Positions 28,641 to 39,261 of a stretch of 64,000 nucleotides of DNA are shown here, piece by piece. A program made the position numbers and the translations under genes. Position 1 is the first letter of the stretch. Every line of letters starts with the position of its first letter. This DNA is from Anaeroplasma bactoclasticum (GTDB taxonomy: Bacteria > Bacillota_I > Bacilli_A > ML615J-28 > CAG-313), in NCBI GenBank assembly GCA_023667245.1, contig JAMPAL010000003.1, positions 34,173-98,172 on the forward strand, read 5' to 3'. Under the pieces are notes generated by a model. That model saw only the letters and a list, made by a program, of their open reading frames with translations. It did no database searches and was not told the DNA's origin.

Positions 28641-29009
28641 TTATCTTGGATAATTGGTGTTGTTTGGCTCATTCACGTGTACTTCACTACATGTATAATT
28701 TGGAATAAATTCATTTTCAGTTACATGATGATGAACGATTTCGGTATGATAGTTATGTACATATGGTTGTTTAGTTACATGATATTGATTGATAACTTGT
28801 TTAGAGCAGGTTACAATGGGTGGGCAGCATTTGTATGTAGTAGGACATTGTTGTTGACATCCGCAATCTGGCATACCTTGATTGATATTGCCACAATTAC
28901 AAGTTTGGTTATCAGGATTCATCATAGGTTCTTGTTGTTGTTCAGGTTGGTTGTTGAAGTTCATACCAGGGAAATTATTATTTTGAAAAGGATTGTAAAA
29001 TCTTGGCAC
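28641..29009 (-). CDS. CotD-like inner spore coat protein (Cys/His/Gln-rich)
   Basis: I trimmed the start to the GTG preceded by AAGGAGGTG. The Cys-rich core (CNCG...CGCQQQC...YKCCPPIVTC) and the His-rich repeats VINQYHVTKQPYVHNYHTEIVHHHV resemble Bacillus CotD. Confidence 0.45.
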   Translation of the reverse strand: MPRFYNPFQNNNFPGMNFNNQPEQQQEPMMNPDNQTCNCGNINQGMPDCGCQQQCPTTYKCCPPIVTCSKQVINQYHVTKQPYVHNYHTEIVHHHVTENEFIPNYTCSEVHVNEPNNTNYPR

Positions 29010-29131
29010 GAGAATCACCTCCTTCGTTGTTAGTATATTACTTTTTTTTGAAATTGCTTGTGCAATTGCCATTTTTTTTGTTTTTTTGACAAAGCAATGC
29101 GGTATAATAAGGGAGAAAGAGAGGATATCCT

Positions 29132-29719
29132 ATGTACTTAACACCCGTTGTCATTGAACAAACTATAAAAGGAGAAAGAAGTTTTGATATATATTCTAGA
29201 CTCCTAAAAGATAGAATTATTTTGATATTTGGAGAAATTAATGATGCCATCAGTGCAAGTGTCATTGCACAATTGCTATTTTTATCAAGCATTGATAAAG
29301 AAAAAGAAATTTATATCTATATCAACTCCCCTGGTGGATCGGTTTCATCTGGATTAGCGATTTATGATACAATGCACTATATCCCCAACCCTTGTGTGAC
29401 TATTGGTATGGGTATTTGCGCAAGCATGGGGGCTTTTTTATTAGCTAGTGGTGAAGCCAAAAAAAGATATGCCCTAAAGCATACCAAAATAATGATTCAT
29501 CAACCATTGGGAGGTGCACAAGGCCAGGCATCCGATGTTATGATTGTTGCTGAAGAAATTATTAAAACTAAGCATCTTTTAAATACACTTTTGAGTAAGC
29601 ATACGGGTCAATCTTTAGAAACCATTGAAAAGGATTCTGATCGTGATCACTATATGACTTCAGATGAAGCAAAAGCTTATGGACTCATCGACGAAGTGCT
29701 TGAAAAAAATAATTTTTAA
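29132..29719 (+). CDS. clpP: ATP-dependent Clp protease proteolytic subunit
   Basis: 195 aa: [42 protein letters not shown], the catalytic [25 protein letters not shown] and DRDHYM, which supply the Ser-His-Asp triad. Confidence 0.9.
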   Translation: MYLTPVVIEQTIKGERSFDIYSRLLKDRIILIFGEINDAISASVIAQLLFLSSIDKEKEIYIYINSPGGSVSSGLAIYDTMHYIPNPCVTIGMGICASMGAFLLASGEAKKRYALKHTKIMIHQPLGGAQGQASDVMIVAEEIIKTKHLLNTLLSKHTGQSLETIEKDSDRDHYMTSDEAKAYGLIDEVLEKNNF

Positions 29720-29726
29720 TTTAATT

Positions 29727-30578
29727 TTAGATGATTTTTTCTATCCATTGTGGTAAACAAGTGATACTGATTTCTTGTTGCAAAATAGGATGAACAAAAC
29801 GAATGTGCATACTGTGCAAGTGTAAAATACCATCACTTGCCTTTTTGCCGTACAATTCATCTCCTATAATGCTGTGCCCTAAATGAGCGAAATGGAGTCT
29901 CAATTGATGTGTTTTACCTGTATGTAATGTGGCTTTTACAATGGAGGTCGATTCTTTGATTTGAAGGACTTCATATGTGGTCTTACTATTTACAAATGTT
30001 GTAGTGACTCTTCTTTTGATGATACTAGTAGGATCTTTTTCAATGCCAACTTCAATGATGCCTTTTTGTTGTTGACAGTGTCCTTCCACTTCTAAAATAT
30101 ACTCTTTAAGAAGAGCAATTTTTTTCATTTCTGCCATTATATATGGATTTTTAGCTAAAACAACTATACCAGAAGTTGCATAATCCAATCTACCTATAAA
30201 GTGAATATTGGATATGATTCCTTTTCTTTTATAATATGACATCACATAATTGGCCAAAGAATGTTGGTAGTGTAGCCTAGTTGGAATGGTTGCTAAATTA
30301 TTGGGTTTATTCAATATCAACAAATAACTATCTTCATATAAAATATCCAATGGACCTTTTATTCCTAGAATATGTTCACCTTGAAAAGACGCAGGAAAAA
30401 CAACCTCTAAGATATCACCATGATGCATGACATACCAATTTTCTACAATTTGATCATTAACTAGGAGTTGACCATTTCCTTGTTTAATTGCTTTTTGTGC
30501 ATTTTGAAAGATACCTTGTTTGGTTAAATAATCTTTAACTAGAATCTCGGATTCTTTGATGAAAAATCTTTTAATCAT
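29727..30578 (-). CDS. RluA-family 23S rRNA pseudouridine synthase (RluD/YlyB-like)
   Basis: 283 aa with an N-terminal S4-like domain and the catalytic block HRLDYATSGIVVLAKN. Confidence 0.85.
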   Translation of the reverse strand: MIKRFFIKESEILVKDYLTKQGIFQNAQKAIKQGNGQLLVNDQIVENWYVMHHGDILEVVFPASFQGEHILGIKGPLDILYEDSYLLILNKPNNLATIPTRLHYQHSLANYVMSYYKRKGIISNIHFIGRLDYATSGIVVLAKNPYIMAEMKKIALLKEYILEVEGHCQQQKGIIEVGIEKDPTSIIKRRVTTTFVNSKTTYEVLQIKESTSIVKATLHTGKTHQLRLHFAHLGHSIIGDELYGKKASDGILHLHSMHIRFVHPILQQEISITCLPQWIEKII

Positions 30579-30582
30579 AGAT

Positions 30583-31272
30583 TTACCATTTTTTCAGATT
30601 GACCAAAGATATCTCATTTTCTAATGGATCAACCTGTTTGGTTGTATTTGCATTTTCTATTTCAAGAATAAGTTGATGAATCTGCGACATTTCTTCATCT
30701 AACTTAGATGCGGCTAAACTAGCACTTTTTAGTCTTTCTTTTAGAGTATCTGGTATATTTTTCTGATACTTGTATTTAAGCGAATGTTCAATACTGGCCC
30801 AAAAATGCATCGCATGCGTTCTAATTTGAAATTCTAATATAATAGGCTCTTGTCCATCAATAGTTTCTACATTATAAGCCATAATCAAATGCAATGAACG
30901 ATATCCACTTGGTTTAATATGTTGAATGTAATCTCGCTCTTCTAACAGTTTAACATCCTTTCTTGACTTTAATAATTCACAAACGCTATAGACGTCTTCA
31001 ATATACTTACAAGTAATTCGAACACCACCAATGTCATATACTTCTTTTGAAATATTTTCAAATGCAACATGCATTCTATTGGCTTTATCTAAGATACTAT
31101 CTGGAGACTTCACACGACCAGTAACAATTTCAATTGGACAGTATTCCCCTCGTAATTGATATTGTTTTTTGATACCCTCTATTTTTAAAATGAATCCTTC
31201 TACAGCAAGTTCATAAGGTTGTAGAAACCTTTCCCAATTGAATTCTTTTTCGACCATATATTGTCTCCTCAT
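30583..31272 (-). CDS. small alarmone synthetase (GTP pyrophosphokinase; RelQ/YjbM family)
   Basis: 229 aa aligning along its whole length to B. subtilis YjbM: WERFLQPYELAVEGF, VTGRVKSPDSILDKA, DIGGVRITC, SGYRSLHLI, IQIRTHAMHFWASIEHSLKYKY. Confidence 0.85.
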   Translation of the reverse strand: MRRQYMVEKEFNWERFLQPYELAVEGFILKIEGIKKQYQLRGEYCPIEIVTGRVKSPDSILDKANRMHVAFENISKEVYDIGGVRITCKYIEDVYSVCELLKSRKDVKLLEERDYIQHIKPSGYRSLHLIMAYNVETIDGQEPIILEFQIRTHAMHFWASIEHSLKYKYQKNIPDTLKERLKSASLAASKLDEEMSQIHQLILEIENANTTKQVDPLENEISLVNLKKW

Positions 31273-31424
31273 ATTTTATTCTTTATATCCATTATATCAT
31301 AATATTGCAATTTTCTCAATTGTAATGTTTTTACCAAAATATTTTTATTACTTTAGTTGATATTTTATTTTTTTTGTGTATAATTTAGAGCGATATAGAA
31401 AATCGTAATAATGAGGTAATATTT

Positions 31425-31994
31425 ATGTCTAAAGAATTAGAAATTGAATTTAAAACATTATTAACCAAGGAAGAGTATGTGAGTCTTTGTACGATGTTTT
31501 CTGACAAACAACGTAACTTGCAAACCAACTATTATTTTGATACTTCTCGCTTTACATTAAAAGCGTCAGAAATTGGTTTGAGAGTGCGAAAAAGTGATAA
31601 ATACGTAATGACACTCAAAAGAAAAAAAGGTTATGCTCTTCAAGAAATTAATGAAACCATCACAGAAGAACAATTGCAAACCTTTATTCAAACAGGAATC
31701 ATTCCAGTTGAAGAAATTCAAAATGAATTAGTAGATATTTTGAAAGGACAAGTCCTTAAATGTTACATGACCTTTTCTACTTATCGTATTAGTTTCCCTT
31801 ATAAAAAAGGAATTGTAGCCATTGATAAATGTAAATATGTTGATACAATTGATTATGAATTAGAATACGAAGCTACATCGTATGATGCGGGAAAAAGAGA
31901 ATTTGTTGAATTGGTACGTGAATTAGGTGTGACTTATAAAAAGAGTCAGCCTAAAATGAAAAGAGCTTATGATGCTTTAAAAAGAAAAATGTAA
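31425..31994 (+). CDS. CYTH-domain protein (YjbK-like triphosphate tunnel metalloenzyme)
   Basis: 189 aa: EIEFKTLLTKEEY...QTNYYFDT...LRVRK, the CYTH fold signature. It is divergently transcribed from the alarmone synthetase (B. subtilis has yjbK-yjbM linkage). Confidence 0.75.
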   Translation: MSKELEIEFKTLLTKEEYVSLCTMFSDKQRNLQTNYYFDTSRFTLKASEIGLRVRKSDKYVMTLKRKKGYALQEINETITEEQLQTFIQTGIIPVEEIQNELVDILKGQVLKCYMTFSTYRISFPYKKGIVAIDKCKYVDTIDYELEYEATSYDAGKREFVELVRELGVTYKKSQPKMKRAYDALKRKM

Positions 31995-32022
31995 AAAAGG
32001 AACCAACTGGTTCCTTTTTTTA
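31993..32022. terminator. bidirectional rho-independent terminator
   Basis: Hairpin ggaacca-ac-tggttcc flanked by A-run and T-run, between the convergent CYTH and lipoprotein genes. Confidence 0.7.
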
Positions 32023-33390
32023 TTTTATTTCCATCCATGTAATTGTAATATCCACATACGCATCTGATGTAGGATTGATATTGACTATTAAATTTACACC
32101 CTCTTTATAACTATAACAAATGTAAATCATTCCTTCTATCTCATAGGTTTGGCTTTTTTGTGTACACAGCGCTTCTATATTAGAAATCAACTGACCTTTT
32201 TCTACATTTGAAACAGATGATAAATACATACTATATCCATTTCCAGAAAGTTTCAATAGAATAGAATCGTTTTCTTGAATCGTATATTGCTTGATGTCTC
32301 TTGTCAAAAAATATAGTTTTCCAAGATTGGGTGAAATCGCTTGATCTAATCCACTCTTATAAAATGCATTAGGTATTTTTGATATTTGGATAAAATCTAC
32401 AAATTCTCCTGTTGTTGGATGCATATTATTGAATTCATCAATATATAAACAATATCCATCTTTCACATAATATAACATAGGTACATATACAAGTTCTGTT
32501 AGGGGATTATATTGTTTGGATAGTCCAGGCATTTCCCACCCTAAATCAAGCAAGTAATTATGCATATTGGCATACCCTTTTTCTATCCAATATTGTTCTA
32601 AAGTACTATGATTTATTCGGCACTGTGCCATATTTTCACTAGATATAAATGAAGAATCTTGCTCTACATCTGATTCATCTATGTTGAATGGAACATATTC
32701 CAATAATCCTAATAATATTTTTGATGTGCACATTGTCATACCATTATAACTTAATTCAACATAATTGGCACTCATTTTCGTTTCAGGATCGGTTTGATAA
32801 GAAGCATTCACTATCATATCCTCACAGGGCAATTCGACTTGTTTCCCATCTTTTAATATAGCAAATACTTTTAAATACTCTTTCAAATTTTCATATTGGG
32901 ATATCGTCAAATAAGCAGATTGAATATCTATCTCATATATCAGTTCTACTGGTTGATAGAAAAGTTTGCTACCAACGGTTTCCCCACATACAGTGCAGGT
33001 TTGAGGAGCTTGATAGGTTGCATCTAGCCAAGTATGACCTTTTGCATTTCCCTCCGTTTGACCACATATGATACAAGTTTTGGCATGTGTACAATCCGCA
33101 TCCTTCAATTGGTGTCCCTCAACTTGACAAATGAAATCATATTTGGCAATGAGTGTCATATTCTTTTCTATTTTGCTATCAAAAGAAAATAATTTTCCCT
33201 CATACATCCAACCAATAAATACTTGATTTTCTTTTTGAGGGGCTAAAATTACCTCCGCTTGTTTCCCTTTTTGTATTTCTATTACTTGATATACTTCATT
33301 ATCTACAATATAATTGACTTGGTATGAATTCGTACAACTTGTCAATGCAATCATAATCAGTATTCCCCAAAAAACAATCATTTTTTTCAT
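32020..33390 (-). CDS. lipoprotein with one List-Bact repeat and a Cys-rich (CxxC x2) module, hypothetical
   Basis: Start set at MKKMIVFWGILIMIALTSC (lipobox LTSC) because AAGGGGG lies 8 nt upstream. It carries QVFIGWMYEGKLF and CIICGQTEG...CTVCGETVG. Confidence 0.55.
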   Translation of the reverse strand: MKKMIVFWGILIMIALTSCTNSYQVNYIVDNEVYQVIEIQKGKQAEVILAPQKENQVFIGWMYEGKLFSFDSKIEKNMTLIAKYDFICQVEGHQLKDADCTHAKTCIICGQTEGNAKGHTWLDATYQAPQTCTVCGETVGSKLFYQPVELIYEIDIQSAYLTISQYENLKEYLKVFAILKDGKQVELPCEDMIVNASYQTDPETKMSANYVELSYNGMTMCTSKILLGLLEYVPFNIDESDVEQDSSFISSENMAQCRINHSTLEQYWIEKGYANMHNYLLDLGWEMPGLSKQYNPLTELVYVPMLYYVKDGYCLYIDEFNNMHPTTGEFVDFIQISKIPNAFYKSGLDQAISPNLGKLYFLTRDIKQYTIQENDSILLKLSGNGYSMYLSSVSNVEKGQLISNIEALCTQKSQTYEIEGMIYICYSYKEGVNLIVNINPTSDAYVDITITWMEIK

Positions 33391-33521
33391 AGTTCTTTCC
33401 CCCTTATACTTCATTATATCATTATTCCTATTTGTTTGCAAACGTTTTCGCATATGAAAAGTAAAAAAATTCTGATATAGAACACATTCGCATAGCCGAA
33501 CAAGTTCCTTATCAGAATTTT

Positions 33522-33950
33522 TTATTTTTTTGAATACTTTATATTAATAGGTTCATTATCAAAAATGGTAAACCCTTCTGTATTTCTTAATTCTTTTGGT
33601 AAAAAGATGGTAATGTCTTCATTGTTATAACCAACTTGAAGTTCATTTTCATTGATGATAATGGGACGCTTTAAAACACTTGGATATTCAATAATGAATT
33701 CAACCAGTTGTTGAACACTCATATTATCTGGGTCTAATTTTTTTTCTTTGAATACTTTTGACCGAGTAGAGATAATATCATCAAATCCATTTTCACTATT
33801 GGCTAGCATTCTAAAGATATCTTCTCTACTTAATTTGATACTAAAAATGTTTTTTTCGGAATAAGGGATTTTATACTGGTCAAACCATTTTTTGGCTTTT
33901 CTACAAGAAGCACAACTTGGGGTAGTATATATTTGAATCACTGTGGTCAC
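33522..33950 (-). CDS. spx: Spx-family (ArsC-fold) global transcriptional regulator
   Basis: 142 aa: IQIYTTPSCASCRKAKKWFDQYKIPYSEKNIF...ISTRSKVFK...LKRPIIINENELQVGYNNEDITIFLP, matching Spx including the CxxC redox motif. Confidence 0.85.
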   Translation of the reverse strand: MTTVIQIYTTPSCASCRKAKKWFDQYKIPYSEKNIFSIKLSREDIFRMLANSENGFDDIISTRSKVFKEKKLDPDNMSVQQLVEFIIEYPSVLKRPIIINENELQVGYNNEDITIFLPKELRNTEGFTIFDNEPINIKYSKK

Positions 33951-34105
33951 CTCATTATTAATTGTATCACATTTTTATCCTTTTTTCAATACTTTTTTTG
34001 AAATTATTTTAAAATTTTTTTAATTTTTCTTTGAATTTGGTGCAACTATGTCAATCAATGTCTTTTTGTATCGAAACAATGTTGAATCTTCTATCTTTTT
34101 TTATT

Positions 34106-34489
34106 CTATTGAAATAGGGTTAAAATAAAAGATACAATAATGAAAATTGCACCTACTATGAAATAGGGCACAAAAGTGAGAGGGCCATGTTTTCGTTCTT
34201 CTTTTTTTTGAATAGAATAATCATATAAATCTTCATACTTGGCTCTACCACCACTTCTGAAACTTGCAAACCCATAACGTATAGTATCAAATCCCCCAAA
34301 ATAGGATATTAAACTTAAGGCACCACATAAAAAGACAATAGCGCCTGCAATAGCAAATGCATCAATGTAATAAATCAGTGTTTGAAAACCCCTGGTACAT
34401 AAATAAATCAATGATAAAACTGCAGCAAGACAAAAGGATATGAGGTATCTTTGCCATGAATGTATAAATACACGTTTTATCCAGTTCAT
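34106..34489 (-). CDS. small membrane protein (DUF3899-like?), last gene of the opp operon
   Basis: 127 aa, 3 TM helices, overlapping the oppF stop by 4 nt. Confidence 0.35.
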   Translation of the reverse strand: MNWIKRVFIHSWQRYLISFCLAAVLSLIYLCTRGFQTLIYYIDAFAIAGAIVFLCGALSLISYFGGFDTIRYGFASFRSGGRAKYEDLYDYSIQKKEERKHGPLTFVPYFIVGAIFIIVSFILTLFQ

Positions 34490-35883
34490 AGTTCTTCCTT
34501 TAGATTTGCTTGATATTCAACCAACTCTTTTTCATTGCAATACACCATATGGCCAGGTTTTAATTCTCTTAATTCTGGCTTATCGGTTGTATAATCGTGC
34601 ATAGCAGGATTATATACGATTCGCTTACGTGACTTTTCTGTCTTTGGATTGGGCTTAGGAATGGCGGAAAGCAAACTTCTTGTATATGGATGCGTTGGAT
34701 GGGCAAAAAGTTCATCACTACTTGCTGTTTCAACAACCTTACCAAAATACATCACCACAATTCGGTCACAAAAGTATTTGACAACAGATAAATCATGCGC
34801 AATAAAAATGATAGATAAACCATATTCTTGTTTGAGTTCATTTAATAAGTTAATAATTTGAGCGCGAATAGAAACATCAAGTGCACTAATTGGCTCATCA
34901 CAAATTAACAGTTTGGGATTCATTATCAATGCTCTTGCAATACCAATCCGTTGTCTTTGACCACCCGAGAATTCATGTGGATATCGTGAAGCATGTTCTG
35001 CTACTAGTCCAACTTTTTCAAGCATTTCGACAACCTTCTCATGATTTTCTGCCTTATTACGATATCCTTGTATTTGTAATCCTTCTTGGATAATATCTTC
35101 TACTGTCATTCTTGGATCAAGAGAATCTATTGGATCTTGGAAAATCATTTGAATTTCATTGACTAATTTACGACTAACATGTCTATTATCAAATTGGATT
35201 TGCTTAATTTTGCTTTTTTGCTCAGCTACAATTTTTCTAGTATTTTCTTTTATCTTAGCTATTTTTTCGTCATAATTTAAAATCACATTCTTCCGTGTTT
35301 CAGCGAAATTTTCACTTTTTACATCTAATTTGGCTAGTTCTTCCTTCATTTCTTTTTGAAGTTGCTTGCATTTATGATTTGAACGGATGGTGGTCCATTT
35401 GATTTCTTTTTTATTCCATCTCATTCCAGCCGATATTCGAACTCCCCGGTAATAAATAGATCCAGATGTAATATCATATAATTTAATAATAGAACGACCT
35501 GTTGTTGTTTTTCCACATCCTGATTCACCTACAATGCCAATACATTCTCCTTCATGTAAATCAAAAGATATATTCGAAACAGCCTTCAATTTGGTACTTC
35601 TAGCACCAGAACCAAATTTAAAAAATTGTTTCAAATGTCTAACTGAAAGCAAGATATTATTTTCCCTTAGTTCTGGTTTGCTTTTCACATGTGGATGAAT
35701 ACCATACTTCTTATTGAATTTTAAAACTTCTTGATTTTCATCAACGCCCCCTTCAATAGCTGTATCCAATTCTGCTTCTGGAAATTCTTCATGTTCATCT
35801 GAAAGGGTTGGATCACTATCATCTTTTAATAAGTTGTCTTTTAGTTCTTCTTCTAAACGATTACCATATTTTGACATAATCAC
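34486..35883 (-). CDS. oppF: oligopeptide ABC transporter ATP-binding protein (OppF-like) with a roughly 100-aa coiled-coil insertion
   Basis: Walker A GESGCGKTT, signature FSGGQRQRIGIARAL, Walker B LLICDEPISALD, and a Lys/Glu-rich insert (KCKQLQKEMKEELAKLDVK...). Confidence 0.85.
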   Translation of the reverse strand: MIMSKYGNRLEEELKDNLLKDDSDPTLSDEHEEFPEAELDTAIEGGVDENQEVLKFNKKYGIHPHVKSKPELRENNILLSVRHLKQFFKFGSGARSTKLKAVSNISFDLHEGECIGIVGESGCGKTTTGRSIIKLYDITSGSIYYRGVRISAGMRWNKKEIKWTTIRSNHKCKQLQKEMKEELAKLDVKSENFAETRKNVILNYDEKIAKIKENTRKIVAEQKSKIKQIQFDNRHVSRKLVNEIQMIFQDPIDSLDPRMTVEDIIQEGLQIQGYRNKAENHEKVVEMLEKVGLVAEHASRYPHEFSGGQRQRIGIARALIMNPKLLICDEPISALDVSIRAQIINLLNELKQEYGLSIIFIAHDLSVVKYFCDRIVVMYFGKVVETASSDELFAHPTHPYTRSLLSAIPKPNPKTEKSRKRIVYNPAMHDYTTDKPELRELKPGHMVYCNEKELVEYQANLKEEL

Positions 35884-37373
35884 TTTCCCTCCTTTTGAGC
35901 ATTTTTGATTCTTTCGGAAACAATTTTAGGCATTTCGACTTTTGGAGCTCTTTCATCCAGTAACCAGGTTGCAGCATAATGCGTATTTGTAATTTTAAAA
36001 AATGGAGGTTCACACTCAAAATCAACTTTCATCGCATATTTGCTTCTTAATGCAAAAGCATCTCCTTTAGGTGGATAAATCATATTAGGTGGAGTACCTG
36101 GTATGGCTTCTAATTTTTCTTTGCTATCGACATCAGGGATACTGGATAGCAGTGCCCAAGTATATGGATGACGTGGATCAAAAAAGACTTCTTCTGATGT
36201 ACCATATTCAACAATTTTTCCTGCATACATTACCGCGACTCTATCTGCCATATTGGCTACTACCCCTAAATCATGAGTAATAAAAATACACGATAAATCT
36301 CGCTCTTGTTTAATACGATTAATCAATTCTAGAATTTGAGCTTGAATCGTCACATCAAGTGCTGTTGTGGGTTCATCACAAATTAAAATTTCTGGCGTTG
36401 CTGTCAATGCAATTGCAATGACAATTCTTTGTCTCATTCCACCTGAAAATTCAAATGGATATTGTCTAAAACGCTTTTCAGGATCAGGAATACCTACTTC
36501 TTTCATAATTTCTAATGCCCGTCTTTTAGCTTCCGCTTTTGTAATTCTAAGTTGATTAATATAGTGCTCTTTTTCCAAGACTATTTCTTTTTCAATAGCA
36601 GCTTTTTCTTCACTAGTTTGAGCATTACTCAAAGATTGTTTTAATTGAGACATTTGACTTTGATGTTCATGTTTCACTTGCTCTTGATATGCTTTAACTT
36701 TTGCCTTTGCAACTTGCTCAGTTTCTTTTAATTTTGCCCTTAGTGGTAGCGCATTTGATTTTGATGTTGCTTTAATTTGAGCAATAGTTTGCTTGAGTTC
36801 CATTTTCTTTTGCTTTATTTGTTGCTTATTATTTGCTTTTTCTTCCGCAGTTAAATTCTCTTTTGAGCGAATATCTTTTATCCATGCATCAAACTTTTCT
36901 TGTTCATGTTGGATTTGAATATCTCTTTTTGTAAGCACATTTTTATAAGCCACTAAATCATCTGATATGATTTCATTATACATTTGTTTGAGTTTATTGG
37001 CATTAATCAACGTAGCTTCTGTAATTTGTTTCCCAATCCTAACAATTGGATTTAACGAGGAAAGTGGATCTTGGAAAATCATTCCAATTTTATGTCCTCT
37101 AATTTTGTGAAATTCTTCTTCTGAAACTTCTAATAAATTTTCACCATGATAGGTAATACTGCCTTGTTCTACTACTGCATTATTGGCTAAAATGCCCATA
37201 ATTGCCTTAGAAGTAACTGATTTGCCTGATCCAGATTCTCCAACAATGCACAATGTTTCTCCCCTTGCAAGATCAAATGAAACATCGCGAACCGCATGAA
37301 CAAGACCATTGTCGGTTTTAAAATTAATGACCAAATGATCAACAGATAAAACTTTTTCTGACATCTTATTCAC
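35880..37373 (-). CDS. oppD: oligopeptide ABC transporter ATP-binding protein (OppD-like) with a roughly 150-aa coiled-coil insertion
   Basis: Walker A GESGSGKSV, signature FSGGMRQRIVIAIAL, Walker B ILICDEPTTALD, and a long Q/K/E-rich insert typical of Mollicutes-type OppD. Confidence 0.85.
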   Translation of the reverse strand: MNKMSEKVLSVDHLVINFKTDNGLVHAVRDVSFDLARGETLCIVGESGSGKSVTSKAIMGILANNAVVEQGSITYHGENLLEVSEEEFHKIRGHKIGMIFQDPLSSLNPIVRIGKQITEATLINANKLKQMYNEIISDDLVAYKNVLTKRDIQIQHEQEKFDAWIKDIRSKENLTAEEKANNKQQIKQKKMELKQTIAQIKATSKSNALPLRAKLKETEQVAKAKVKAYQEQVKHEHQSQMSQLKQSLSNAQTSEEKAAIEKEIVLEKEHYINQLRITKAEAKRRALEIMKEVGIPDPEKRFRQYPFEFSGGMRQRIVIAIALTATPEILICDEPTTALDVTIQAQILELINRIKQERDLSCIFITHDLGVVANMADRVAVMYAGKIVEYGTSEEVFFDPRHPYTWALLSSIPDVDSKEKLEAIPGTPPNMIYPPKGDAFALRSKYAMKVDFECEPPFFKITNTHYAATWLLDERAPKVEMPKIVSERIKNAQKEGK

Positions 37374-39261
37374 TTCCTTTCAACGATGGATTTAAAGCAT
37401 CTCGCAATCCATTTCCAAATAAATTAAACGAAATCATAATCAACGCAATAATAATTGCGGGAAAAACAACTAAATTCGGCGAACTTTGTAAATATTGTTG
37501 ATTTTCTGACATCATTACCCCAAAAGCCTGAACGCCTTGCAAACCTAAATTCAAATAGGCGAGTGTGGCTTCTGAAAATATTGTGCTTGGAATCATCAAT
37601 ACACTCGCAGTTACAATCGTTCCTAGTGAATTGGGTAAAATATGTTTAAAAATTAATCTACCATCTGATGCACCAAGGGTACGAGAAGCAAGGACATATT
37701 CACGTCCTTTAAAACGATAAAATTGTGTTCTTGTTCTTGCAGCAGTTCCCATCCAACCCGTTAAACAAAGGGCCAAGAAGAACGTAATAAAATTATTACC
37801 AAAATGTAAGATTGCTAGTGTCATAATAACAATCCATGGCACACCTCCTAAAATATCACAGAATCGTTCCATGAAGATATCGATATTCCCACCAAAGTAA
37901 CCTGAAATAGCACCCCAGCATAAACCGAATAAAAAGCAAAAAGCGGCAGTGCATACACCTAGCATTAATGAAGTTCTAAGTCCAGCAAAAGATTTTTTAA
38001 ATAAATCCTGACCATTCTGGTTGGTACCTAATATAAATTTAGGCATTTTTTTGTAGCCCAATTTTCGATATCGATAACTATTTGCCCTAACCGAAAGTAG
38101 TTTCTTTGTAATTGAATTAATCTGCTGATCAATAATGGAATCAATAGGACAATCATCGCTTAATTTTTTAAAGGATTCGGGACCTATGGTGTAGTCATAT
38201 TCACATAAACCTTGATCAATATATGCTTGCAAATCTGATGCAGCATAGGTTACTTCTTGTGCATCATATGCCACAGCATATGTATCATATAAAAAATCAC
38301 AATAATAAATTTCTGAATTATGAACACCTTTTCTTCCTGAACAACTCCAATAACCTACTGGTACATTTTGAAACTCGTCTCTTGCAAGAAGAACCATTTT
38401 TGTTGCATCTGTAAAAGAAATTTGATTCACCAATTCATCATAATTTTCAACTTGTTGATCACTTGAAAATACACATTCTTTAATTAAAATATAAGTATTT
38501 TCATTTTCTTTCGACTCTAGTTCAAACGTAAGTGATCCTTTTATTTCAAGAAGACCTTCTTGTTGTAGTGCACTACTAATGTCTAATTCAACCATTCCAT
38601 ATTCTTTTGAACTATTTTTTAACAATATCCGTTTTGTTGTTCCATTTTCAGTATAGGTAATGTATACTGCGTATTCACCAAGCATTGATTCTTGTACATT
38701 ATCTTCACTATCTAATAAAAATCGAACTTTATAATTGCCACTAGATGTAAATAGTGTTGGATAAGATGAAAGCAAAACAGGTTTATCTATTGCCTTAGTC
38801 TCGTTTGCAAACATTACAAATCCACCTATACCATTTTTTGAAGCTTGGTCAATATATGTCGGTTTTTCATCTACTTTTAATTTCAATACCGCTGGTTTAT
38901 AATAATCTGCTGGCACTTCATTGACTGTATCATAGACAATTCTAGTATACTTTTTCGTTCCATCCCAAAAGCCTGTACCTGCTTCAAATAATTTTGGAGC
39001 TAAAAAAGCTTCCGATTTACTGGTTCTATCAATATTTTTAGTAGAAATTGCTGGAACAACAAGCGCTAGTAAAATTAAAATACCTAAAATAATTGCACCT
39101 ACTACAGAAGATTTATTTTTTCTAAATCGCTTTAATGCATCTTTAAAGAAGGTAGTTGGTTTAGATTCCAATGCTTTATCTGAAATTTTAGTATCTTTTT
39201 GAATCAAAACAAAATCATCTTTACTAATATTTGTTATGTTATCTTGATGATTATCTATCAT
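37366..39261 (-). CDS. oppC: oligopeptide ABC transporter permease (OppC-like) with a large extracytoplasmic N-terminal domain
   Basis: 631 aa: TM1, a roughly 330-aa ectodomain, then a canonical BPD-transporter core (EATLAYLNLG). Confidence 0.8.
   Translation of the reverse strand: MIDNHQDNITNISKDDFVLIQKDTKISDKALESKPTTFFKDALKRFRKNKSSVVGAIILGILILLALVVPAISTKNIDRTSKSEAFLAPKLFEAGTGFWDGTKKYTRIVYDTVNEVPADYYKPAVLKLKVDEKPTYIDQASKNGIGGFVMFANETKAIDKPVLLSSYPTLFTSSGNYKVRFLLDSEDNVQESMLGEYAVYITYTENGTTKRILLKNSSKEYGMVELDISSALQQEGLLEIKGSLTFELESKENENTYILIKECVFSSDQQVENYDELVNQISFTDATKMVLLARDEFQNVPVGYWSCSGRKGVHNSEIYYCDFLYDTYAVAYDAQEVTYAASDLQAYIDQGLCEYDYTIGPESFKKLSDDCPIDSIIDQQINSITKKLLSVRANSYRYRKLGYKKMPKFILGTNQNGQDLFKKSFAGLRTSLMLGVCTAAFCFLFGLCWGAISGYFGGNIDIFMERFCDILGGVPWIVIMTLAILHFGNNFITFFLALCLTGWMGTAARTRTQFYRFKGREYVLASRTLGASDGRLIFKHILPNSLGTIVTASVLMIPSTIFSEATLAYLNLGLQGVQAFGVMMSENQQYLQSSPNLVVFPAIIIALIMISFNLFGNGLRDALNPSLKGSE

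Noticed and set aside
29038-29292. 84-aa minus-strand ORF overlapping the clpP start
   Set aside because: Antisense to a strongly supported clpP. It has no RBS and an implausible sequence.
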